From Clostridia bacterium (GTDB lineage Bacteria; Bacillota; Clostridia; TANB77; UBA1234), in assembly GCA_017522765.1 (NCBI GenBank), contig JAFWYG010000005.1, positions 449,270 to 513,269 of the forward strand: a stretch of DNA of 64,000 nucleotides, read 5' to 3'. A program made the position numbers and the translations under genes. Under the pieces are notes generated by a model that saw nothing but the letters and a program-made list of their open reading frames with translations, did not search any database and was not told where the DNA came from. This document shows positions 1 to 7,950 of the stretch, one piece after another (the stretch's first letter is position 1; each line of letters begins with the position of its first letter).

Positions 1-51
1 TGCAATCATAATTAATGCTAACAGCCATCCATATAACGTACTCTTTTTCAT
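1..51 (-). CDS. 5' fragment (17 codons) of an exported or membrane protein; the rest lies outside the window
   Basis: ATG at 51..49 follows an AAGGGGG RBS (58..64 on plus strand). The translation MKKSTLYGWLLALIMIA is signal/TM-like. The gene is truncated by the window edge. Confidence 0.35.
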   Translation of the reverse strand, partial: MKKSTLYGWLLALIMIA

Positions 52-160
52 TTTTTTCCCCCTTAAAATTTATTCACTTAAAATTTTATCCTTTTTTATT
101 TTTATTTACAATAAAAACTTAAAGTCTTATCTTATGATTTATTTCATATTATAAAAAATA

Positions 161-187
161 AAACCAGTCTAGAATCCAGACTGGTTT
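161..187 (-). terminator. Intrinsic terminator downstream of tRNA-Thr
   Basis: 10-bp perfect stem AAACCAGTCT/AGACTGGTTT with a 7-nt loop. A T-run follows on the minus strand (TTTTATTTTTT). Confidence 0.7.
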
Positions 188-188
188 T

Positions 189-264
189 TGGAGCTTCTAA
201 CGGGAATCGAACCCGTGACCTCGTCCTTACCAAGGACGCACTCTGCCGACTGAGCTATAGAAGC
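189..264 (-). tRNA. tRNA-Thr (anticodon GGU), CCA encoded
   Basis: The minus strand reads GCTTCTATAGCTCAGTCGGCAGAGTGCGTCCTTGGTAAGGACGAGGTCACGGGTTCGATTCCCGTTAGAAGCTCCA. It has a 7-bp acceptor stem, anticodon stem CGTCC/GGACG with loop TTGGTAA, and T-arm ACGGG-TTCGATT-CCCGT. Confidence 0.9.
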
Positions 265-294
265 AAATATTAAGCGAGGCATAACCTCGCTTTT

Positions 295-945
295 TTAAAA
301 TTTTTCATCTGCAAGATGTTTATCTACTTTTTTCTTTATTCTTTGAACTGCATTATCAATAGCTTTTACATGTGAATCTAATTTATTCGCAATTTCTACA
401 TATGATGCTCCATTCACATATTCATTAAGCACTTTTAATTCAAAGTCACTCAAAACTTTATTCATTGTTTCTTCGACTTTTTGATATGTTTCATGAGTTG
501 TAATTGTATCAAGAGGATCTGGCACCGTTTCTATGTCTAGCATCTCAATTACTTCTCTATCGCTTTCATCATCAAAAACCGTTTTGTTTAAAGACAAGTA
601 TGAGTTAAGTGGCATGTGTTTTTGTCTTGTAGAAGCTTTCACAGCCGTCATAATTTGTCTTCTTATACACAAATCTGCAAAAACTCTAAACGATACATCT
701 TTTTCTTCATCAAAGCCTTTTATTGCTTTGTAAAGGCCAATCATGCCCTCTTGAATTATGTCATCTTTTTCCGCGCCGACCATAAAGAAAGGTTTTGCTT
801 TCATGTACACAAAATTCCTGTATTTTTCCATTATGAAGTTAAGTGCTGACTTGTCGCCAGTCTTTATTTTGCTTATGTATTCTCTATCGATTTTGTCTTG
901 TTCTGCCGCATCAGAGACTACACTGCCAAGAACTTTCTCTTTCAC
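295..945 (-). CDS. sigH: Sigma-70 family sigma factor, SigH type (early sporulation / stationary phase)
   Basis: 216 aa with a GTG start 8 nt after AGGAGG. The region 2 motif DIIQEGMIGLYKAIKGFD and the SigH-typical RQKHMPLNSYLSLNK are present, plus a C-terminal HTH. Confidence 0.8.
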   Translation of the reverse strand: MKEKVLGSVVSDAAEQDKIDREYISKIKTGDKSALNFIMEKYRNFVYMKAKPFFMVGAEKDDIIQEGMIGLYKAIKGFDEEKDVSFRVFADLCIRRQIMTAVKASTRQKHMPLNSYLSLNKTVFDDESDREVIEMLDIETVPDPLDTITTHETYQKVEETMNKVLSDFELKVLNEYVNGASYVEIANKLDSHVKAIDNAVQRIKKKVDKHLADEKF

Positions 946-977
946 GTCTTAATCCTCCTACAAGCTTTACACGTTGT

Positions 978-1007
978 ATTATACCTTTGAGATTAAGGCT
1001 AAGTCAA
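978..1007 (-). promoter_or_regulatory. Sigma-A type promoter of sigH
   Basis: The minus strand reads TTGACT-18 nt-TATAAT. It lies about 30 nt upstream of the sigH RBS and downstream of the terminator at 1079-1096. Confidence 0.55.
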
Positions 1008-1067
1008 TAAATTTATACAATATTTTTGCTACAAACCCCTATTTACAGGCATTTTTTGGATTTTATA

Positions 1068-1383
1068 AAAAACAAAATCCAGTAGCAATCTACTGGACCT
1101 TATTTATTGGCTAATCTCAATGAGGCCTTTTATACCAAGATTCCTCATCGCAATATATGTTTACTTTAAAATCTACTAACTGGTATATTGTTATACACGG
1201 TCTTTGTCTGTAAACTACTATCCTTAATAGCTATAATTCTAGTTCCTTTAAAAACCAGTGTCACTACCCAGTCGCATAAATTATCTCGGTTTGGGGCTTT
1301 AATAAATTCACACGCTCGTAGTGATCAGTGAACATATCTACAATTCCTGTAGCTACATCCAGTAGATCCTAGCAACTTGTTTT
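1068..1383 (-). ncRNA. Unassigned structured RNA of about 315 nt with its own putative promoter and a clear intrinsic terminator
   Basis: No ORF of 60 aa or more lies in the 690-nt gap 946-1638. The minus-strand terminator is CCAGTAG-ATTG-CTACTGG followed by ATTTTGTTTTTT (1079-1096). The candidate promoter is GTGACA-17-TAAATA (1390-1418). There are several internal hairpins, and a 9-nt 5' segment is complementary to the terminator arm. Confidence 0.3.
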
Positions 1384-1638
1384 TCAAGATATTTAATCTC
1401 AAATTTTCAACTTGTCACTTTTCACATATATACTTTTACTCGCAAAATATGTATTATTTTACGCTTTCCGAATTTATATTGTAAAATTCGTTTTCGCATT
1501 TGGTTTGAAGACTATTAATCTCCATTCCATAAATAATTTTAGCATTTCGATATTTCAAATGCAACAATATTAACAAAGTTTTTTTCCTTGTTTTTGTATG
1601 TATCTATTTATATAATTTAATTAATTGGAGGTGGATAT

Positions 1639-3024
1639 ATGAACTCAAAAACACTACTTAGTGTGGTAATTGTCTGCTCTATTTTCACTGGATTAATTGT
1701 AGGAATGTTTAGTCTAAAAACAATTGAAGTCACCTCTCCTGATATTTCATTAAATGACAGTGGAAATCTTGAAAATATAATTTCAAATTCTGGCGATAAT
1801 ATTTCAGGTGAAAAAGAAATTTCATCTGAAAACATAGAAATAATTACTCCTATTATCTCTGGAGAAAATATAGAAGTTAATTCAGGAGAAGTTGTAGAAC
1901 CGGAAATTATAAAAAAGAAAATACCTGTACCAGAAAATGTACAAGCTGTATATGCAACTGGTTGGGTAATGGGCACACCAGGACTTAGAAGTAAAATGAT
2001 TTCTTCATTAAAAGAATACGGATACAATTCAATAGTAATAGATATAAAAGATGAAGCTGGTCATCTTACATACAACTCTTCGGTTCAAACTGCAATAGAT
2101 ATAAAAGCATCACAAAAAATGGTTTCTGACATTTCTACTGTATTAAACGAATTACATGAAAATAATTTATATGTAATTGGTAGAATCGTAACTTTCAAAG
2201 ATCCAACTTATGCAGGAAAAGTTTCAGATATCGCATACAAAAAATCTGATGGAACTTTGTGGCAAGATTATGCAGGAAACAAATGGCCTAACCCATATAA
2301 TAAATCTTCATGGGACTATCCTATCGCACTTGCCAAAGAAGCTGCAGAATTAGGATTTGATGAAATACAATTTGATTATATTAGATTTCCTTCATCAGAA
2401 GGAAGGGTTAGTCAAATAGCATATGGATTTGAATTTGGAACAAAAACAAAATCAGATATCATTGCTGAATTTTTAGAAAAAGTAATGACAGAATTAGAAC
2501 CTTACGATGTACAAATTTCAGCGGATGTATTTGGAATAATTACAAAACGAAACGGTGACTTCGAAAATATAGGACAAGACTTTTCAAGAATAGCAAGTAT
2601 TGTAGATGTAATTTGTCCAATGGTTTATCCATCACATTATAATTTCAACGAATACGGATTAGCAAAGCCTGATACTTCTCCTTATAGTTTAATTTATTAT
2701 TCAATAAACGATGCCTTAAAGCGTTACAATGAATACATAAACAAAACATATAATGTTTCTATTAGTGGAGATAATTTTAGTGGTGATAAAATAATTGAAA
2801 AATCTGAACTTAATTATTCAGATTACCATCTAGCAAAAATTCGTCCATACTTGCAAGACTTCACAGCAAGTTGGTTAGGTAAAGGTAATTATTTATCATA
2901 TGGAACTTCAGAAGTTCAAGCACAAATAAAAGCACAATATGATTTAGGTATAAAAGATTTCACCTTATGGGATCCAAGTAATAATTATTGTTATAGTGCA
3001 TTAAAAAATATAGAAGGAAATTAA
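1639..3024 (+). CDS. Membrane-anchored putative glycoside hydrolase (DUF4015-like TIM-barrel family)
   Basis: 461 aa with RBS GGAGGTGG. There is an N-terminal TM, then an SG[DE]-rich linker, then NSIVIDIKDEAGHLTY ... FDEIQFDYIRFP, which is typical of the DUF4015 putative glycosyl hydrolase family. Confidence 0.55.
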   Translation: MNSKTLLSVVIVCSIFTGLIVGMFSLKTIEVTSPDISLNDSGNLENIISNSGDNISGEKEISSENIEIITPIISGENIEVNSGEVVEPEIIKKKIPVPENVQAVYATGWVMGTPGLRSKMISSLKEYGYNSIVIDIKDEAGHLTYNSSVQTAIDIKASQKMVSDISTVLNELHENNLYVIGRIVTFKDPTYAGKVSDIAYKKSDGTLWQDYAGNKWPNPYNKSSWDYPIALAKEAAELGFDEIQFDYIRFPSSEGRVSQIAYGFEFGTKTKSDIIAEFLEKVMTELEPYDVQISADVFGIITKRNGDFENIGQDFSRIASIVDVICPMVYPSHYNFNEYGLAKPDTSPYSLIYYSINDALKRYNEYINKTYNVSISGDNFSGDKIIEKSELNYSDYHLAKIRPYLQDFTASWLGKGNYLSYGTSEVQAQIKAQYDLGIKDFTLWDPSNNYCYSALKNIEGN

Positions 3025-3030
3025 CAACAA

Positions 3031-3058
3031 AAAGAGATGCTTTAAGAGCATCTCTTTT
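3031..3058. terminator. Bidirectional intrinsic terminator between convergent genes
   Basis: Stem AGAGATGC/GCATCTCT is flanked by an A-run and a T-run. Confidence 0.7.
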
Positions 3059-3063
3059 AAGTT

Positions 3064-5172
3064 TTATTTTTTATTGCAGTCTGCACAATAAGGGCATCCT
3101 GCACATTCTTTATTTTTATCTTTTTTTATTAATATTACTATCACCACTAATAAAATAGCACCTACTACTATTAAGTCAGCCGCGCTGAATATTCCTTGTT
3201 CAATTCTACTTCCTATTTGATAAACAAGTGTTGCTAATAACCATGCAAATATTGTTTGGAAAGCAACCGCTTTTAACATTTTCTTTGTTCCACCAAGCTC
3301 TCTCTTCATCGCACCTATAGCTCCAAAGCATGGTGCCGAGAATAGATTAAATACCATAAACGCATATGCAGATGCCGCAGTAAAGAATCCAAACACTCCG
3401 TTGCTAGAAAAGATTTCTTCACCCGCTTCAATGTCATCAGCTAAACCATTAATAACTGCCATCGACGAAACGACTTGTTCTTTCGCAACTAGACCTTGAA
3501 TTGCAGAAACTGTTGCTCCCCAACTTTTTGTTCCTAACATTGGTTCAAATATCCAAGAAATTTTATTTCCTATTGATGCAAGCATACTATCCTCTATATT
3601 CACATTATATTCCATATTAAACGAAAAAGATACCAAGAACCATATTGCTATTGAGCAAATAAGTATTACGCTTCCAGCTCTTTTAATGAATGCCACTACT
3701 TTATCAAACACATCTTTTGCAACATATTTAATACTTGGCACTTTATATTCTGGAAGTTCCGCAATGTATGTACTACTTGTATTTTTATAAATAAATTTCT
3801 TCATTATAATGGCACTAACTATTATTACAATGATAGCAAAGAAATATAATGATGCAGATATTAGTCCTGAATTTTCTGGAAAGAAATATCCTGCAAACAA
3901 TGAAATGATTGGCAACTTCGCGCTGCATGGAATAAAAGGAGTGAGTATTGATGTCATTTCTCTTTCATCTTGATTTTCAATTATCCTTGTTCCCATTATT
4001 CCCGGTACACTACAACCCGACCCCACTATAAACGGTATTAAACTCTTTCCACTCAATCCGATTTTTCTAAACAACTTGTCTAATAATAATGCGATTCTAG
4101 ACATATATCCTGTCGTTTCTAAAACTGAAATACAAATAAATAAGATTATTAATTGTGGAACAAATCCAAGTACCGCCCCAACGCCTGCTATAATGCCTTG
4201 CACAACTAAACTATTTATCATTTCAGAAGTACCGACGTTTGATAAAAATGTACTAACTTTTTCACCAAATAAATCCATGATTCCAGCAACCCAGTCAACA
4301 GTAAAACTACCTATTACGCCAACTGATAAATAATATACTAAAAACATGATTGCTACAAATATAGGAAACGCTAGCCATTTATTCAAGAATACTTTATCTA
4401 ATTTATCCGAAAGTGATTCTCTTTTTATACTTTGTTTAAAAGAATTTTTCTTAGCTTTTTCTATAAAAAGATATCTTTCTGTTGCTATTGTCTCTTCTAA
4501 ATCCGTCTCATAATTTTGAGATAAATTTTTAGCAATTGTTTTTATATCCGCCATATTTAATTCTTTAAAACGTTCATCATTTTCTAATAATTTTACTGCA
4601 ATAAATCTTTTATGATGTACATTTGGTGTAAGTTTATTTTTGATATTTTCTATTGCATTTTCCAATTTAGCATCATAAATTTTTGTTTCAGCAAAAGTTT
4701 TTGCATTCTTAATTTCATTTACTAATTCATCTATTCCAGTGGCTTTCAAAGCTGATATTTTTAAAACTTTTGCACCAAGTTCTTTTTCTAATTTTGATTC
4801 GTCTATCTTTATGCCTTTCTTTTCTAATTCATCTGCCATGTTAAGCGCAACGATAACTTTAGTATCAAGCTCTAAAAGTTGAGTTGTTAAATATAAACTT
4901 CTTTCCAAAGCAGTACTATCAACTATATTTATTATCACATCTGGCTTTTCTTCAAAAATAAATTTTCTAGAAATTTCTTCTTCCATGCTATACGGACTTA
5001 ATGAATAGATACCTGGTAAATCTGTTATTTCAATGTCGGTATTTTTTAAATTACCCACTTTCTTTTCTATAGTAACCCCCGGCCAATTTCCTATTTTTGC
5101 ATTCATTCCAGTAAGAAGATTAAATAACGTAGTTTTTCCACTATTTTGATTTCCAACTAATCCTATTTTCAT
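3064..5172 (-). CDS. feoB: Ferrous iron transporter FeoB
   Basis: 702 aa with N-terminal G domain GNQNSGKTTLFN and DLPGIYSL, a polytopic C-terminal region and a Cys-rich tail. It overlaps the feoA stop by 4 nt. Confidence 0.95.
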   Translation of the reverse strand: MKIGLVGNQNSGKTTLFNLLTGMNAKIGNWPGVTIEKKVGNLKNTDIEITDLPGIYSLSPYSMEEEISRKFIFEEKPDVIINIVDSTALERSLYLTTQLLELDTKVIVALNMADELEKKGIKIDESKLEKELGAKVLKISALKATGIDELVNEIKNAKTFAETKIYDAKLENAIENIKNKLTPNVHHKRFIAVKLLENDERFKELNMADIKTIAKNLSQNYETDLEETIATERYLFIEKAKKNSFKQSIKRESLSDKLDKVFLNKWLAFPIFVAIMFLVYYLSVGVIGSFTVDWVAGIMDLFGEKVSTFLSNVGTSEMINSLVVQGIIAGVGAVLGFVPQLIILFICISVLETTGYMSRIALLLDKLFRKIGLSGKSLIPFIVGSGCSVPGIMGTRIIENQDEREMTSILTPFIPCSAKLPIISLFAGYFFPENSGLISASLYFFAIIVIIVSAIIMKKFIYKNTSSTYIAELPEYKVPSIKYVAKDVFDKVVAFIKRAGSVILICSIAIWFLVSFSFNMEYNVNIEDSMLASIGNKISWIFEPMLGTKSWGATVSAIQGLVAKEQVVSSMAVINGLADDIEAGEEIFSSNGVFGFFTAASAYAFMVFNLFSAPCFGAIGAMKRELGGTKKMLKAVAFQTIFAWLLATLVYQIGSRIEQGIFSAADLIVVGAILLVVIVILIKKDKNKECAGCPYCADCNKK

Positions 5173-5420
5173 CCCATTACCTCCACTTCTATCTTATCTA
5201 GATCTGCTTTGCAAACACAAAGTTCATAATCTCTTAACTCAATATCTATTGGATCCCCCATAGGAGCAACTTTTTTCACAGCTACCACAGTACCTCTTGT
5301 GATTCCCATATCAAGTAGATGTCTTCTAATCGCCTTGTTAGTTTCATTTAATCTCAAAACTTTTGCTTTTTGTCCAACTTTTAAATCAGACAATACGCAT
5401 TTATCCCCTATCTTTTTCAT
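5169..5420 (-). CDS. feoA: FeoA family iron transport protein
   Basis: 83 aa SH3-like FeoA (GQKAKVLRL ... GITRGTVV), translationally coupled to feoB. Confidence 0.9.
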   Translation of the reverse strand: MKKIGDKCVLSDLKVGQKAKVLRLNETNKAIRRHLLDMGITRGTVVAVKKVAPMGDPIDIELRDYELCVCKADLDKIEVEVMG

Positions 5421-5433
5421 AGCAACCTCCTTT

Positions 5434-5516
5434 ATGAAATTTATTTCATATTTTCATGTTTATTATATTCTTTTGAATTTTTGTCGTCAACAAATATGAA
5501 TATTTTTTCATATTTT
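5434..5516. promoter_or_regulatory. Two palindromes in the feoA / tetR divergent control region (candidate operators)
   Basis: ATGAAAT-TT-ATTTCAT lies at 5434-5449 next to the feoA RBS. AAATATGAA-N7-TTCATATTT lies at 5492-5516, just upstream of the tetR-family promoter TTGTCT-17-TATAAT (5521-5549). Confidence 0.35.
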
Positions 5517-5569
5517 GTACTTGTCTTTTTTATCACTCGCATATATAATACTTTTAACGAGGTGATAAT

Positions 5570-6169
5570 ATGTCTGCTACAAGAATTCCGACCCAAAAAA
5601 GATCAATAGAAAAAAGAAATAAAATTATAGAAAAAGGATTCGAATTGATATGTGAAAAAGGATACCATAACATATCTACTCCAGATATAGCTGAAGTATC
5701 CGGAGTTTCTACAGGTATCATTTATCAATATTTTACAGACAAAAAAGAAATTTTCTTAGAAGGAATCCGAAACTATTCGAATAAAATAATGTTTCCTATG
5801 GTTGATATATTGGATAAAGAAAATATCAAAATAGATAACTTAGAAAAATTGTTCAAAAAGATGATTCGAGCTTTTGTTAAAAATCATACAATTTCTAAAA
5901 AAGCTCACGAAGAATTAATGGCAATGTCTCACCAAGATAATGAAGTTGCAAATATCTTTAAAGAAACAGAATTTGAATTAACTAATAAAATAGTTCTTAT
6001 ATTAGACTCTAACGATATAAAGATAAAAAATCCCGCTGAAAAAATACACATTGCTATAGGAATAATAGAAAATTTTTGCCACGAAGTTGTATATCACAAA
6101 CATCATAAAATTGACTATGAAATCATGGAAAAAGAAGTTATAAAAATTGTTGTAAATTTATTAAAATAA
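5570..6169 (+). CDS. TetR/AcrR family transcriptional regulator
   Basis: 199 aa with the N-terminal HTH motif ISTPDIAEVSGVSTGIIYQYF. Confidence 0.85.
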   Translation: MSATRIPTQKRSIEKRNKIIEKGFELICEKGYHNISTPDIAEVSGVSTGIIYQYFTDKKEIFLEGIRNYSNKIMFPMVDILDKENIKIDNLEKLFKKMIRAFVKNHTISKKAHEELMAMSHQDNEVANIFKETEFELTNKIVLILDSNDIKIKNPAEKIHIAIGIIENFCHEVVYHKHHKIDYEIMEKEVIKIVVNLLK

Positions 6170-6197
6170 ACCCTTGTTTCTTTAGAAATAAAGACAA

Positions 6198-6236
6198 CAA
6201 AAAAAGAGTTTAGTCGTTAAAACTAAACTCTTTTTT
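6198..6236. terminator. Bidirectional intrinsic terminator
   Basis: 10-bp stem AGAGTTTAGT/ACTAAACTCT with an A7 run before and a T6 run after. It serves the tetR-family gene (+) and the RNA at 6240-6445 (-). Confidence 0.75.
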
Positions 6237-6239
6237 ATT

Positions 6240-6445
6240 TCAAAATTGGCCCCCACATAAGCCGTCATGATGAGCGCATTTAAGAGCCCTGTCTCCGACA
6301 GGTGGGTGTCTTCCAAGGATATCACACGGGCTTCTCAAGCGGCGATTTCTCGCGGTCGAGCATGCACACAATACCTTGATACCTAACTCCCTAATATTTA
6401 GTGTTGGTTCTAAATAAAACTCATAGTGTCGTACCTCGTAGGGTT
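6240..6445 (-). ncRNA. Rod-like RNA of about 200 nt, candidate 6S RNA (ssrS)
   Basis: It has its own promoter, TTGATT-16-TGgTATAAT (6452-6479, minus), and ends at the 6198-6236 terminator. The GC content is clearly above the surrounding spacer. The 5' and 3' arms pair imperfectly over their whole length (CCC/GGG, ATGAG/CTCAT, ATTTAGA/TCTTAAAT, CAAGG/CCTTG) around a roughly 28/28-nt internal bubble. No ORF is present. Confidence 0.4.
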
Positions 6446-6536
6446 ATTTTTATTATACCATAATAAGCATATAAATCAATAATTTTGCCCTATAAAAATT
6501 TACTATTTTTTACAAAAAAGTATTGACAAAAATTTA

Positions 6537-6628
6537 GAACAAGGACGCCCCTTGTTGTAAAATTTTTTGATAACAAGGAGCGTCCCCTATGTAAAATTTT
6601 TAATAACAAGGACTGTCCCCTAGTCGCG
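6537..6628. repeat. Three tandem direct repeats of about 33 bp, core AACAAGGA-NN(N)-(G)(T)CCCCT
   Basis: The units are GAACAAGGACGCCCCTTGTTGTAAAATTTTTT, GATAACAAGGAGCGTCCCCTATGTAAAATTTTT and AATAACAAGGACTGTCCCCTAGTCGCG. The adjacent terminator stem GTTGTCCCG resembles a fourth partial copy. Confidence 0.7.
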
Positions 6629-6634
6629 AAAAAA

Positions 6635-6664
6635 CGGGACAACTTTTTAGTTTTTGTTGTCCCG
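6635..6664. terminator. Intrinsic terminator after the CofE-like gene
   Basis: 9-bp stem CGGGACAAC/GTTGTCCCG with A-rich and T-rich flanks on both sides. Confidence 0.7.
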
Positions 6665-6671
6665 CTTTTTA

Positions 6672-7859
6672 TTAATCCGCATATGTTTTAAAATAACCTT
6701 TTATCCATACGATAGGAGTTCCCTTGTCACCACTTCCAGATGTCAAATCACTAAGCGAACCAAGAAGGTCTGTAATTTGACGAGGTGTTGTTCCTTGAGA
6801 AGCCATGTTGCCTACAAGGTTGTCTCCTTTTTCTTTGATAGAGTCTGTAATAGCTTGTTTTAACTCTTCACCACTAAGATTAGCAAATTTTCCATCTGCA
6901 AGTGCTTTAAGTTTCAACTCGTTTGGTCTACCAGCAAGTCCCGGTGTATATGCCGGGGAAACAACTGGATCTGCAAGTTCCCAAATCTTACCTACGGGAT
7001 CTTTAAACGCACCATCACCATATACAAGCACCTCCACAGTTTTTCCAGTTGCATTGTAAATAATTTCTTGCACTCTCTTTACAACATCAGCGCCTGACTT
7101 AGGAAATAGTTTAAGTCTTTCTTCATCAGCTTTGTTGCTTCCAAGAAGTCCATATTGTGGATTGCAACCTTTTCCTTCTGCAGAAGGCTCAGTGCATACA
7201 GAATCGAGTCCATATACTTTAGCACCTTTTTCTAAAAGAATTTGCTTTGTTCTTTCCCTTGTATGTATATCACAATAAAGAACCGAATTTGTATAATCAA
7301 GAATTGCCGCAGGGTTGTTGTTGAATATCACCTTGATATCACAGCCTTCGCCAGCTGCAAGTTCTTTGTAATATTCCACATAATCAACACCCGTGAATTC
7401 GTGTTTCTTGTAACCAAAAATTTGTCTGTATTCTTCCTCTTCGATTGTTTGATTACCCAAATTTGCATTAAAATAATCGGCATCATCTACCAAATGATTT
7501 CCAACCTCGTCAGAAGGTAAAGAAAGCATTAGTACCACTCCACCTTTTGCACCTCTACAAATGCCCTTAAAGCACATAGCGAAGCGGTTTCTGCTTAAAA
7601 TCGGAAAAATCACGCCAACTTTATCGTTCCCAAATTTGCTCTCGATATCTGCTGCAACTTCATCTACAGTAACATAGTTGCCTTCGCATCTTGCTACTAC
7701 CGACTCTGTCACCGCTACAACATCTCTGTCGTCTATCGGAATCGAATGTGTCTTGCTTGCCTCCAAAATACAGTTTGCTGTTATTTCCGCGATATCGTCT
7801 CCTTCACGGAAAATTGGCGCTCTAACGCCCATTGAGATTGTGCCTAGTAGATCCTTCAT
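6672..7859 (-). CDS. Coenzyme F420:L-glutamate ligase-like (CofE-fold gamma-glutamyl ligase family) protein
   Basis: 395 aa with RBS AAGGAGG. The N-terminal pattern (GVRAPIFREGDDI ... DRDVVAVTESVVARCEGN) is as in the F420-0:gamma-glutamyl ligase domain. GC is about 43% against the AT-rich backbone. Confidence 0.5.
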   Translation of the reverse strand: MKDLLGTISMGVRAPIFREGDDIAEITANCILEASKTHSIPIDDRDVVAVTESVVARCEGNYVTVDEVAADIESKFGNDKVGVIFPILSRNRFAMCFKGICRGAKGGVVLMLSLPSDEVGNHLVDDADYFNANLGNQTIEEEEYRQIFGYKKHEFTGVDYVEYYKELAAGEGCDIKVIFNNNPAAILDYTNSVLYCDIHTRERTKQILLEKGAKVYGLDSVCTEPSAEGKGCNPQYGLLGSNKADEERLKLFPKSGADVVKRVQEIIYNATGKTVEVLVYGDGAFKDPVGKIWELADPVVSPAYTPGLAGRPNELKLKALADGKFANLSGEELKQAITDSIKEKGDNLVGNMASQGTTPRQITDLLGSLSDLTSGSGDKGTPIVWIKGYFKTYAD

Positions 7860-7921
7860 GTGAATTCCTCCTTACCAAATTTGATTTCGAGTCCATATTT
7901 GTATACGTTTTTGCCCGTGCA

Positions 7922-7950
7922 CATTTTACACGTCATGATTCGTATTGTCA
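7922..7950 (-). promoter_or_regulatory. Sigma-A type promoter of the CofE-like gene
   Basis: The minus strand reads TTGACA-17 nt-TAAAAT, about 60 nt upstream of the start codon. Confidence 0.55.

Noticed and set aside
1068-1390. RNase P RNA, tmRNA, SRP RNA or T-box leader
   Set aside because: The RNase P motif GAGGAAAGTCC is absent. There is no GGGG 5' end or tRNA-like TTCGA..CCACCA 3' end (tmRNA). There is no GGAAGCAGC-type helix 8 motif (SRP). There is no GGTGGTACCGCG T-box sequence. sigH has its own promoter downstream of the terminator, so this is not its leader.
1617-2027. 136-aa minus-strand ORF overlapping the start of 1639..3024
   Set aside because: It is antisense to a gene with a good RBS and family motifs. 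The product is a Ser/Ile/Phe-rich mirror of the SG[DE] linker.
6537-6628. Possible miniature CRISPR array
   Set aside because: There are only three degenerate units, and they are contiguous with no unique spacers between them. There is no leader or cas gene in the window.
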